The notes under the pieces are model-generated. The model did not search any database. It worked only from the letters and a program-made list of their open reading frames with translations, and was not told the DNA's origin. A stretch of 62,314 nucleotides of DNA, counting the filler, from Streblomastix strix (Eukaryota), in assembly GCA_008636045.1 (NCBI GenBank). It is 3 parts of 3 records of this genome, joined end to end, with 100 filler letters (N's around TTAATTAATTAA, not from the genome) between each part and the next. Parts side by side here need not be neighbours in the genome. Positions count along the whole stretch, not along the records: positions 1 to 20,722 come from SNRW01000418.1; positions 20,823 to 41,532 come from SNRW01000419.1; 1 more part is not named here. The stretch is one strand, 5' to 3'. Shown here in pieces: positions 13,801 through 25,299 of the stretch. Each line of letters opens with the position of its first letter. Within the stretch, counting starts at the first letter, position 1. The translations under genes and the position numbers were made by a program.

Positions 13801-15740
13801 TGCTATTAAATATGCTCTTGCATATTGGGACTTCAAATTGGATTAAGATTATACGCCAAAAGATGATTATGCCTCATTTATTTTGACGTATAATTATTGG
13901 AACATTAAAGTTTAAAATTTTCTAACATAAGATAAAAAAAGAAATAGAGACACAAGCAACAACATCGGCGAGAATGATTGTACGTTCTATAGAAAATTAT
14001 TTCTATCAGCAGGATTCCATATATGTAAAGCATGATTCACAAGCAAAAATCCTCCAACATCAGTCAGAATTAACAGCTCTCTTGGTCACTCTGCATATAA
14101 CGTGAAACCATGCAGCTTATTCTGCAATAAATATAAGTCAAATAAAGATAAAAATTTAACAAGATTAGTAATACAACTAAAGAATTTCTGTTATCGTAAA
14201 AATTTACCAATGGCAATAACTGATAAAGGAATTTATCAAATTTTACGTTCTGGAATCACTGGTAGGTTATCATAAGTCATGCTTAGAAATAATTTTACAA
14301 GTGGAACCAAAATAAATTAAATAAAATATATTAACGGAAAGGTCATTTGTTAGGATATCGACTAAGTAATGATTCATATTTTAACCCTACATTTCAACTA
14401 TTATCATCCTTCGGTAATATCATCAGAACAGCTTAAGTTCATTTAATATACAAGTAACTATTTATATATGTCCGGCTAAATTTTACATAAAATTAATGAA
14501 AAGTAAACAGCAACAAATTTAACTCATAACCTAAATCGATTTAACGACGCTGAAGGGATGCCTCAATTTATCGCCGTTGTTAAAGGAAACTTCGATGAAT
14601 AACATATAAATGATTTCATTAATTTTCTTCTTATATTGAGAAACATTAATATAATCACTAATGAAAAAACTTTAGATTCATATAAATGTAATCTATTACT
14701 GAAAAATAATATGTAGCACGACAAAATTGAACGAAAATTAACAAATTTAACATTAACTCTTGCATAGTTCGGGTCGCTCAATATTTACTATTTAAGACTT
14801 CATATTGATGATTTTCGTTTAATTATTGATTATATTTATTATATTTTAACATTCTCTAAGATTAACAGATTCAATCCATTTATTAAAGAATTAATAAATC
14901 AACGACTATAAGTAATTAGTGAAAAAAATGATGGAAAATAATAGTTCTATAAATTAACTATGAACTCAAGCTATAGAAACAATGAGATGAATTAAGAAAA
15001 ATATGCACAAACAAAATTATTGAGCTCTGATAGGATTTGGTTATCTCATTTCTATGGTTCATTCGATAATGACTAATATCTAACAGACGATTTATTTGCT
15101 ATATAATTTAATGCTGAGAGCTGCAACTGCAATACTTGCATCCATTCCATATATTTCGTGTGATACAATAGCAAATATTGATATATTAATTTTATCTATA
15201 ATTATATGTATAAAGCTTTCGATATGAGCAAGATGAACTATATATGTGGAGATACTGATTTGATGACATGGGCCATCAGCGGGAATCCGGAAACTGTAGA
15301 GGAGTATTGGCAGAAGTTTAAATACATCATAAAAGATCAGAAAATTTTCGATGAAAATTATCCATTATTCTTTAACTAAATTAAATAATTATTTGATATA
15401 AGTTATGAGGCAGAAAGAACTGCATGAATTGCTTTGGATCCAAATATTCATTACATTTATAATCCAAAACCTTATGAGAATGAAAAGATTATAATTATTG
15501 TTTGAAAGTAATAATTTTAAAATAAAACATTCAATTAAATGAAGCATTCAAATAATCTTTAAATGGAGAATTTATTTATGCATAAAGTATTATCCTTTGT
15601 TAAAAAAAACAAATAAATGTCAAAAATATCCATAATTAATAGTTTATTTAATTTCAATTTTTAATAAAATGATTGTATTTGAAAATTAATATTATGCTCC
15701 ATTTCAGTATATTACCGGTTAGCTATTGAGTTCAGATAAT
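10900..15740 (+). pseudogene. polB: Protein-primed DNA polymerase B (pPolB) copy 1 with HNH insert
   Basis: ExoI ITYDIETVE (~12990), ExoII VPVIGFNSSKF, KFPYEF, ExoIII WDYLRHYNLQD, RSGITGRLS, degraded DFNSLYPS, KLTMNSSY and YICGDTD; multiple frameshifts. Confidence 0.9.
11018..11197 (+). repeat. 90-bp tandem duplication (30 aa) in the region 5' of the pPolB catalytic domains
   Basis: aacaataataattga...gatgcaa.cacgt.atta...gccatcatctga occurs twice with a 90-bp offset. Confidence 0.75.
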
Positions 15741-15833
15741 GATATAATTGAGTACGAAAGATAAACAGCAGCAGGCGGTGCCATAAGCGGAGTCTATGAA
15801 ACCTACGATATAATTTATCATGCAAATATGGAT

Positions 15834-15911
15834 TGGTTTATGAATAATTTTTGAGTGTTCGGAGTGTTCAGAGTGTTCTGAGTTAGAAGCTTTCATAAAA
15901 AGCTGTGGCCA
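15834..15911 (+). repeat. Dispersed motif copy 3 / left arm of inverted pair
   Basis: tggtttatgaataatttttgagtgttcggagtgttcagagtgttctgagttagaagctttcataaaaagctgtggcca. Confidence 0.8.
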
Positions 15912-16511
15912 TCCTGCAAATCTGCCAAATAGTTAATTTATTTTATTAGATATTTTAACATAAATTGTTCTATTTTTGCATGAAATATAATGAAAAACGA
16001 AAATAGTTCATATGAAGATATACTGTAGACCTTTGCTGGTGATGATTATCAAAGAGATGAATAATAATTTGAAGTATATTAAGATATCAATGATAAAGTT
16101 TATAAAGTTAAATATAGAATAAATCTATCATAGTTAATAAAAAAACATTTATAAAATTACAAGGGAAGAATATGTTGAAGTTGTGATGGAAAACGCAGAT
16201 GAAAAAATTATTTGTAAAAGAACAATGACAGAGTGGTACTATTATTATATTTCAGTATAATCGTAAAATAAACTAATAAAATAAAAAAATAAACAAAAAA
16301 ACAAACAAATGGAAAAAGATGTAAAATATGCGGTTTAATAATCAAATTCATCATCCTAAACCAGTTAATCAAGTTCATCATCCAGCTCACAAACGGATCA
16401 ATCAGAAGATTCAGAAGATAATAATTATTTTTTCTTCAAAATAAAATTAAAATTGTATGAAAAATCAATTAATTATAATAATAAAAAAGTTAATAAAATA
16501 TATAATTATCC

Positions 16512-17450
16512 ATGAACAGTTATAAATTAAAACCGTTATAAAAACAACAACTGCCTTATTTCTCACCAAAATTAGGAAGTTGGGAATTAAATTTAGTCTT
16601 TTCTGTTGATCAAGCATTGTAAAAAAATAACGATGAATATGATGCTGCTATCTTTGGAAAAAAAATGAAATAAAAAAGAAATAAGAAACGAATTAAACGC
16701 AAGAAAAAAAATAGGCCTGTATTTATTTTGCATAATCATTAATACAAAATATTTAGTCATATTTCTATTGATAGATAAATTAGCACCGTAGATAGTTGGA
16801 TAATTAAAAAAATTAATTAAAAATTATTATATAAATAATATTTGTTAAGACGGAGAGAAAGGATTTAATGATTCATATTTTGCTTTATTTTGTTCTAGGA
16901 ATAAAATAAATTGTTATTTCACTGATTTAAAATTCACTAATCATAACAGAGTTGTTGATTCGGTTATTTGTACGATTAGGAAAACATTTTGTTATAAATT
17001 CAAAAATTTTTACCCGAATTAATAAATGTAAATAATTGTAGGTATATAAAATAGAATACCACATCTAGCGTTTCAAAACAAATATAGTCCATATTAAGTT
17101 TAATTGTCAAGTGATTTAGAAAGATAACATATACGTTCATAAATAAAGAAATTTTAGCTATAATTAGCAAAATAACAATAACAAGGTATATTATCACTTA
17201 AACTTGAAAATTTAATATTAATACATCTTGATTTCTAAAAAATATAATAATAATTTTTTAAATAACGAAAAAAATTCAATTAATTAGTGGAATTCAAAAA
17301 ATATGAAAATGGTAATGTTTTATGCAGATTATTGATTTTTTCATATTTAGTAAGTGTTATAAAATTACTTTCATATTGTTGTAAATATGTATGTGAAGAA
17401 AAGGATCTATTCCAGAATATTATGCAACAGAGTTTCAAATTAGATGAAAT
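16512..17450 (+). pseudogene. Retroviral-type (rve) integrase copy 1
   Basis: PYFSPKLGSWELNL, CIIINTKYLVIF, QDGEKGF and NHNRVVDSVICTIR; homologous to 29973-31058; frameshifted. Confidence 0.8.
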
Positions 17451-17513
17451 AAAAATAAAAATAAAAATTATAATTATTTATTTTTAATTTTTTGATTTTT
17501 TATTTTAATTAAA

Positions 17514-17870
17514 ATGACAGATAATCAAGCATCCAATAAGCTAACATAGACTGAACAATAAATAGCTTTATGCAAGTAATAAAGACCAAAGGAAAATACC
17601 AATAAAGATTAGGCGACGATTGCTGCTAGAGAACAACGCAAAAATGCAAGAATCAGATATAAATTTAAATTAAGCTGACCATGTTTAAAAAACTATTGAT
17701 ATGCAATTATTAATAATCAAAAAATTTAAAAATAATTGTAAATATTAATGATTTGGTAATAATAAATGATTTTATTAAAAATTATGAAACTATTAATTAT
17801 AACAACAGTGAATAAAAAACTGTTTGAATCTTTAATTATTTTGTATATTTCATTAAAATCTTGTTATCTC
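17514..17870 (+). pseudogene. Small basic protein downstream of integrase
   Basis: MTDNQAS...QRPKENTNKDQATIAAREQRKNARIRYK; resembles 31079-31330. Confidence 0.45.
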
Positions 17871-17875
17871 TCCAT

Positions 17876-17950
17876 CTGGCCATAGCTTTTTTACGAAAGT
17901 TTTTGATTTTGAACATTCAGAACACTCAAAATTTATTCACAATCCAACCA
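17876..17950 (-). repeat. Dispersed motif copy 4 / right arm of inverted pair
   Basis: Reverse complement reads tggttggattgtgaataaattttgagtgttctgaatgttcaaaatcaaaaactttcgtaaaaaagctatggcca, matching 15834-15911. Confidence 0.75.
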
Positions 17951-18096
17951 ATTTAAGCGTGTCATTTACGCATATTTATAAATATTTTATAGTAATTGTT
18001 AACTAAATTAATTGAAAAGTTCAAATAATTGATGGTTTCATCAATAAATTTTAGGTTTCCATTAATGGTTATTCATCAACAATGCTACTATTTACC

Positions 18097-18366
18097 TTAA
18101 TAGTTATAGAAACAGGGAGAGTGCCATATGTACATATATTACTTCCATTAATTTACTTCATTAACCATTCCATATATCTTACTCACATATCTAATTCAAT
18201 CACATAATTCATCAATCTATTTCATATAAATATTCTATTTCACATTATTGATTCACAGATCTTATCAATCATTAGTTATTATCATATTTTATTTCCATTA
18301 TATAATTATCATTAATTATAAAAAAATTTCTATGTGGAACACTCTTCTTGTTTCTATAACTATTAA
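18097..18366. mobile_element. MITE-like element with ~30-bp imperfect TIRs flanked by TTAA
   Basis: ttaa-tagttatagaaacagggagagtg ... cactcttcttgtttctataacta-ttaa; 18-bp perfect inverted match including TTAA; non-coding interior. Confidence 0.65.
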
Positions 18367-20491
18367 CATGATATATCAGTTATCAAAGCCAATTTAAATC
18401 ATAACAATCGTTAAGAAAATATATTTTAATATTGTTTTCCGAATTCAATATTGTTTAATGAAGCAATTTCATCATTTATATTCATAACATCAATTTCATT
18501 TTAACCCTTATATAGATATCTTGCTTGATCTCGAATTGAATTAAATTGAAACTGATCTTTTGATATAAATAATATGAAATATTTTTTATAAATTTTGATA
18601 CTTTTCGTTAAATTAGTTAGATAATCAACTATCTGACTGTTAGAACTAACTACATATTCTAACTAATGATTTGATTGAATGCGCCTGGTGTATTTGGTGT
18701 TGCTCATATATCATCTTATTATTAGTTAGATCTTTTTGATTTTATTCATTTATATTAAATGTTTTCTAAAACATATTCGACTATTTATGAATAAATGTTA
18801 GAACAATTTTGCGCTATTTATATTATTGGAATTATTTCTAAATACTCTTTACTGTATTTGCTTTTTCTTCTTCCATATTCGATTTGAATAATCTACCATC
18901 AGCAGTTAATTGAAATTGAATTAGATATTTTAGCCGGTTAAATTTTACTTATCATGCATGCTTTATTTATAAAGTTTTTAATATAAAATTTTCATCATAA
19001 TTGTTAAATTTATTTTTGTAACGATACTTAGTTCTTGATTCATTTTAATTTAGCCTACAATTAAGCAAATTGTTTTTCTACATATATTCTTTTTAACTTC
19101 AATTGATGCAATTCTACTTATTCCTTAACCTTTAACTAAATTTGCAATCATATTTAATTATGAATTAATTCTACAGAATATGAATGATATATCAAGTTTA
19201 GTGAATATCAATTGAAATTTAATTTTGACAAAATAAATTCTTGCTATATTTAAATCTGTTAAAAAGTTGAAATTATTGCATTTAAAGTTCATTAATTGGT
19301 TGTATGTTTGAGTATAATTTAGTTTTTTTTATTGTTCTCAAATAAATCAAAATTAGATTAAGCATAATTATAACTATAACTCAAAATTTTTATAATATAA
19401 AACTGCATAGAAATGCTTTTATTCATTATGCAAAATTAGTAACTAGAAAGTATATCAAATAAAATCATAGTTCTCTAATGAATTAGGTTAAATATTAAGA
19501 GTTAAATGAGATTTTTTTATTTAATAGATATTAATGAATCAAGTATAGATTATGATTAATATGCATAATAACATATGCAAATTGATTGCATGCTAGAACA
19601 TGTTCAAAAGAAAAGTAACAAATTGATAATATAATTAAATTATTCGAAAATAGTTTAATTAGGTTTTTTTATTCTAATCATAAATACTGCTATTAAACAC
19701 GTATATGAACATTTATAATCTTAGACATAAATAGATACAAAACGTGAAAACAAGCTTGTGAAAAATCACAAAGAAAATACTCAAATAAAACTTGAAAGTT
19801 CAAAGATTAAATAAATTACGTTAATGTTCCATTTAAATTCAACAAATTTTTAATAAAAGTGGGAAAATATTTGAAGTTAAAAATTTAAATTCATTATTTA
19901 AAAAATATTTTAGTAAAATTAATTTAAATCATTGATTTTTGAAACAAGATTGCAATATGGAGGCTTTATTGTTGTGTTTCATTGCTAATTGAATATTGTA
20001 TTTGAATATTCGTAGCTTTTTTTTATTTGATATGATGATGTGTTTCTGGCACGAGGAATTTGATCCAACTAAACGACTCATTTATATTTATTTCGTGAAG
20101 CCTTTTATGTATTTTAGTTTACTGTTTGATTATAAAATTAAGTTACAAAAATAAATAATTAAATTTATTAAATTTATTAAAAAGATTCAATAAAAAAAAT
20201 TATTAATATTAGTTCATGAAATATATATAAAATAAGATTAAAAAAGTAAAAAAATTATAGAATAATTGTTAATATCCAAGTAATTATATTTATCTTCGGA
20301 AAGCTCTTATTGGATATTTCGATAAAAACTTACATCATAAAGTATTATATAACCTAAAAATGAATATAAAAACAAATATTCCGAGAAGAAACTGTAACCT
20401 TTTCAGAATATTTTTCCGAAATTTAGTACGCAATGGTTACTGAGCATTTCTCCGAAAGCTTATTGCAACTTCGCTTTAAAACACTATTAAC

Positions 20492-20722
20492 ATGCCATTT
20501 ACGATTAAGACTGTCTGCACAAATACATTTGATATCAGGAGGTTCTTGGTGGAAGGTCCCCCAACGATTGAAGAGTTGCGTGCAAAGATCGGTGCACTGT
20601 ACGGCTGCCCAACCCCAGAAAAAATTTGCATTACATATGTTGATTGCGAGGGAGATTTTGTGAAAGTTGCAACGACAGAGGACATTCAAGCTGCGTTCTA
20701 AATCATCCAGGAGCGCAAAGTA
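20492..20722 (+). CDS. Host PB1-domain protein, N-terminal part (cut by contig end)
   Basis: IK...DIRRF basic motif plus OPCA motif ITYVDCEGDFVKVATTEDIQAAF; reads through TAA to the gap; higher GC than its flank. Confidence 0.85.
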
Positions 20723-20822
20723 NNNNNNNNNNNNNNNNNNNNNNNNNNNNNNNNNNNNNNNNNNNNTTAATTAATTAANNNNNNNNNNNNNNNNNNNNNN
20801 NNNNNNNNNNNNNNNNNNNNNN
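20723..20822. other. Artificial contig linker
   Basis: 44 N + TTAATTAATTAA + 44 N. Confidence 0.97.
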
Positions 20823-23800
20823 AAAAAGCTTAATAATGAATGTTGTGGATTACATAAGGATCATTTTAGTGAACCAGATATAACAAAAACAAAAAAATTA
20901 AATAAAAATAGGGAACTTGATTAGAAAGCATTCGTTATCTTCACACCATAGAATATATCATCGTATTATGCTACACTAGCTCAGGGGCACAAGAGATTTT
21001 AAGAGAAAAATGAAGTTAGAATTGATAGACTACCTGACTCATTATTATTGTCAAAAGGTATCGAAAATAAAGAGTCATATATGCAATACAATTACAATCG
21101 CTTCTAAGCCTTATAGCAACTGAAAGATAAAATCGACTAGGTATATGAATTAGAGAAATCTAAACCATATAAAGTATATTTTAGTTCTGGATCTATATAC
21201 TAGAAGAAGTAATAAGTTCGTAAGCACTAACAAACATTAGATGAATATAATTACTCTTACACAAGACCAAGTGCAGATAACAGTTACAAGACTCTACCTA
21301 ACACTGTTGTTCGAGATAAATAGACTAATGACTATTTCAAATAGAAAGCAGTTGACTTACTATCGGATTATTAAGACACAAATCATGAAGATTCAGCAAC
21401 ATTAAAGGTTGCCCTATTTTCGTTTTTGATTATTAATAATAAACTTCCATTAGGTACTAAATTGAATAAAATATGTTTGCACTTTAATAATGAAGGTATT
21501 ACTAGGGATATTGGTTGTTAATATAATATTTGTTTGTTTATAGTTGCTTCGTTTGTTTTACATCCTGAGATTGATTAAACAAGAACAAGAGTGAGTGATG
21601 CAATTAAATTGTTTCTCTAATTCCATGATATTAATCCAAGCAGCAGATTAAATAGGTCTAATAAATAATTTCTAGAATAATATAATGGTTTCGCTTATGT
21701 AACTGATCTTGAAAGATATCAATAGCTATTCAAACTAAATGTAATAACATATATAAGTGATGATAAGGTGATGAAGACAAGATAAAATCAACCTGAATAA
21801 TTCAGTAAATTTGAAGAGCATCTTATTGATAATGACTATTTAGCTGTTAATGTTTTATTAGTTCCTTTGTCATATGTTAACGAAATTCATGCTATGTACA
21901 TTAGTGAAATTGATAAGGTAATTAATGGAAAACTCTGCCATCGTAACTGTTAGAAAATATTTAATACTAAGAATTCGAATTATAACCGTGATCTTGCAAG
22001 ACATTTGAAAGTGTGTTATGGTCCTGAGACAGCTAAATATGTTAAATTAGATCATTTACCAAAGCTATATTATATACATATATCAAATAATAAGCTTCTA
22101 TAGAAATTAATAGCAACAGGCTAGTAAGAACTGTTATCTCCTACACTAAATTACATTACATTTGATTTTGAAACAGTTGAGAACATAATTAATGTAGATA
22201 ATCTTATTACTTAATTAGAGCCTCTGTCTGTTGCATCATCTGCGACAATAAATGACTAAATTACTATGTTATATTTTGTTTTACGTAATGAATCTGATTT
22301 TATTGAATAATGGACAAGTTAATTGTTTGAGGTTGTTATTAAAGTTAATGCAACGAATAAATCAAATATACCAGATATAACAATCGAAGAGAAACATTAT
22401 GAATAATACAAACCCTAAGTGTCTGGTATTGGATTCAATTCAAAGAAGTTTGATATGAATCTATTATTCAAACATTTAATTAAAAATAAGACTAAAATTT
22501 AATATATTGAATCAATATAATAAGCTAAATAGACAATAATATCACATTAAGATTATGATTTTGACTTGAGATTTATTAACATTTTATCATTCATTTTATC
22601 AAACAATACATTAAAACAATTCCTTGAGAAATTTGGAACTAAAAGTATAAAATTAATAAAGGGTATATTTCCACATGGATCATTCAATTATGATAACTAT
22701 AAATAAGTATTAGGATAATCAGAATCATTTAATAAGGAAGATTTCTATGATAAACTTAGTAATATGAATATTAGCGATGAAGATAATGAAAAGTATTTTA
22801 ATGATTCAACCATTTTTGGAAACAGAAGTGAGTATCTAAATCATTATAATATTAGAGATGTTACCAGTATGATCAACCCAATCAATCATCTTATTCAAAT
22901 TACGTTGGATGAGAAAGTTGATATGTTAGGTTGTATATCACTAGCTCAAATTGCAAGTTTAATTAAATACAAGTATTGTTATGATAAGTTCGATATCAAT
23001 GCAAGTTATAACATAATTAATGGATTTGAGTAATTCGAAGTTACTTAATACTGGTGGAATAACAAAATTCGGTGATATGTTAGCTAAGATGAATATGCTA
23101 AGAGAGATACAACTAATAATGTTACTGAAGATGATATTGATTGGATTAGAGATAAAGTAGCTAGTGAAACATGTCATCCATGCCACAACAAATTCACTAA
23201 AGAAAGCGAACCTACATTTGATAGAATAGATAATTCAATTGGTCATACAAAATAGAACTGTTAATTAGCATGTCAAATATGTAATACAGTTAAGGCTGAC
23301 AAAGATAATGATATTAGTAAATTAAAGATACAGTTAATGAAATAAGCTATCCATGAACATCTACCTATGACTATTAACAATGAATATGAATATAATATGC
23401 TAAAGGAATGTATGTAAGGTGGACTGGCTAATGTGTATCATTGATGCAATTTGAAAGGTATCACACATTAATAAACTTAGATATAATTATGTAACTAAAA
23501 CAATAACATCATATGATACCTAACATATAATTACTCACATCCTTGATTCAAATTTCAACTCTCTTTATCCAAGTGCATTTAGTGGAATATTCAACAAAAA
23601 TAATCCTTACTCTAATCATCGAATATATCAAGCATGTTGAGTATCTAGCTAATTCAAATGTGCCTCTAATAGTTCAAAATAGAATGCACATGATATAATT
23701 ATGAGTTGTGATAGGTATATTGATAAGGGATAACTATTCTGTATTAAAATTAAAGGTCATATTGATGAAAAACATATTAATTCACACTTAAATTTAGCAT

Positions 23801-24999
23801 CAATATGGCAAAAATTAACATAAAACAATTCAATTGAATAGATTGGAGAATTTATGTATAATAAGATGCTGGTATAAGGGTTAACCGTTGACAAAACAAC
23901 TACAAAACTAACATCATTGCTATCAAAACACAATCAATTCATGTGATTCACTAGCTACATTTTATGGTTCTTGATTGATTATTGTAACTTTATTATTGAT
24001 GATATTGATTCAATTGCTCTATTCGATAGACACTTAGGATTTGAATCATTTGCCTGTACAATGATGAGTAAGAGATAGGAAGCAATTAGCCAACATAATG
24101 ATACAAAATCGCTATACTATAAACAAATTCTAAATAGTGCTTTTGGAGGAGAAGAATAAAATAATGCAAAACTTGATATGATGTCCTTTATTAATGCTTG
24201 ACAGACATCAATCAAATAATTAAATTAGTGTCATAAAGCAACAAGAAAATTAAGTGAAGATATATACAATTCTGATAACGAATTAATTGAAGAAGCATAA
24301 TAAATGTTTAGTGAATCACATTGAAAATTTAAGTGTAATAAGCCCTTTCAAGAGGCGGTATTTACATTAGACAATAGCAAGTTTTGGTATCTAAATTTTG
24401 TATATAACATCCTATATTAATGTATTGATATGGATAGGGTTCACTTCTGCAATATGGATATTTACTCAATGTGATTAGCTATTGCAGGGTCATAAATTGA
24501 AGGTTTTAAATAAAGGTTGAAGTATGTAATTAAAGATTAATAATTCTATGATTAACACTATAAAGAGTGGCTGTCTTGGGATGACTGTACTGTCGCTGAA
24601 GAGAAGAAATTAATGATTATTAAAACTGAATTATAGGGCGAAAATATCGTTTTTTTCGCATCGAATTGTTAGTATATATGCAATGGAAATGAATAAAATG
24701 ATGACATTGTATCGTTAGTGAATAGGATGAAAGGAGTTAGCGAGAAGAAGGCAAATTTAACAACTAGTGACAATATTAAATGCTTAAATGATGAATGTAA
24801 CATAAATCTGACAACAAATAATTTATAGATGAAAATGGGAGTAATGTCAATGATTAGTATGGAAAAATCAGCGCTAATAGGAATTCATAATAAAAAGGTT
24901 GTATTATCTAAAGGATGTTGCGCACCATTTATGTATGGAATTTATGTGGATCATTACTTAATTGAAAATTCATAGTATTTTGACTCGTTGAATAAGTGA
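20823..24999 (+). pseudogene. polB: pPolB copy 2 (5'-truncated) with HNH insert
   Basis: YITFDFETVE, IGFNSKKFDM, KGIFPH, EYLNHYNIRD, CHPCHNKF..PTFDRIDNSIGH..NC..ACQICN, ECMQGGLANV, NFNSLYPS, YKQILNSAFG and C-terminal CAPFMYG; frameshift at ~23465, internal TGAs, DTD motif lost. Confidence 0.92.
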
Positions 25000-25020
25000 T
25001 AATGTTATTATTTTTGATTA

Positions 25021-25155
25021 TTTGGGTCATAGATATTTGATTAGAATTATCCACATCATATATATATCACATTGATGAAATGCGCTCATTTGTGTCATCG
25101 GTATTTGCATAGAATTATTCATATAATTTACACATTATATTGATGAACTATGCTT
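25021..25155 (+). repeat. Degenerate ~68-bp tandem duplication immediately after pPolB
   Basis: tttgggtcatagatatttgattagaattatccacat...attgatgaa versus tttgtgtcatcggtatttgcatagaattattcatat...attgatgaa. Confidence 0.65.
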
Positions 25156-25299
25156 TAGTTATAAATATGATTTGGCGTGGAGATTATAGTTACAATTAGC
25201 GCAGCAGAATTAGTGCACTGTGGTTCAGTCCAAACATATTATTTGTGGAACAATTGAAAAAATCATTTTAAATGAAAAAAATCACGAATTAAAAAAAAT

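Larger units (their letters stand above)
1..18960. mobile_element. Endogenous Polinton/Maverick-like virus region A (decayed; possibly more than one element; termini not identified)
   Basis: Dense intronless cluster of fibre, putative MCP, KilA-N, packaging ATPase, pPolB and rve integrase genes, all readable with TAR=Gln and carrying scattered frameshifts and TGA stops. Confidence 0.85.

Noticed and set aside
19000..20400. Possible genes in the AT-rich stretch
   Set aside because: No recognisable motifs or sustained reading frame.
20723..20822. TTAATTAATTAA palindrome as a biological site, and gene linkage across the gaps
   Set aside because: An identical synthetic linker occurs at both gaps between similarly sized contigs; adjacency is not biological.
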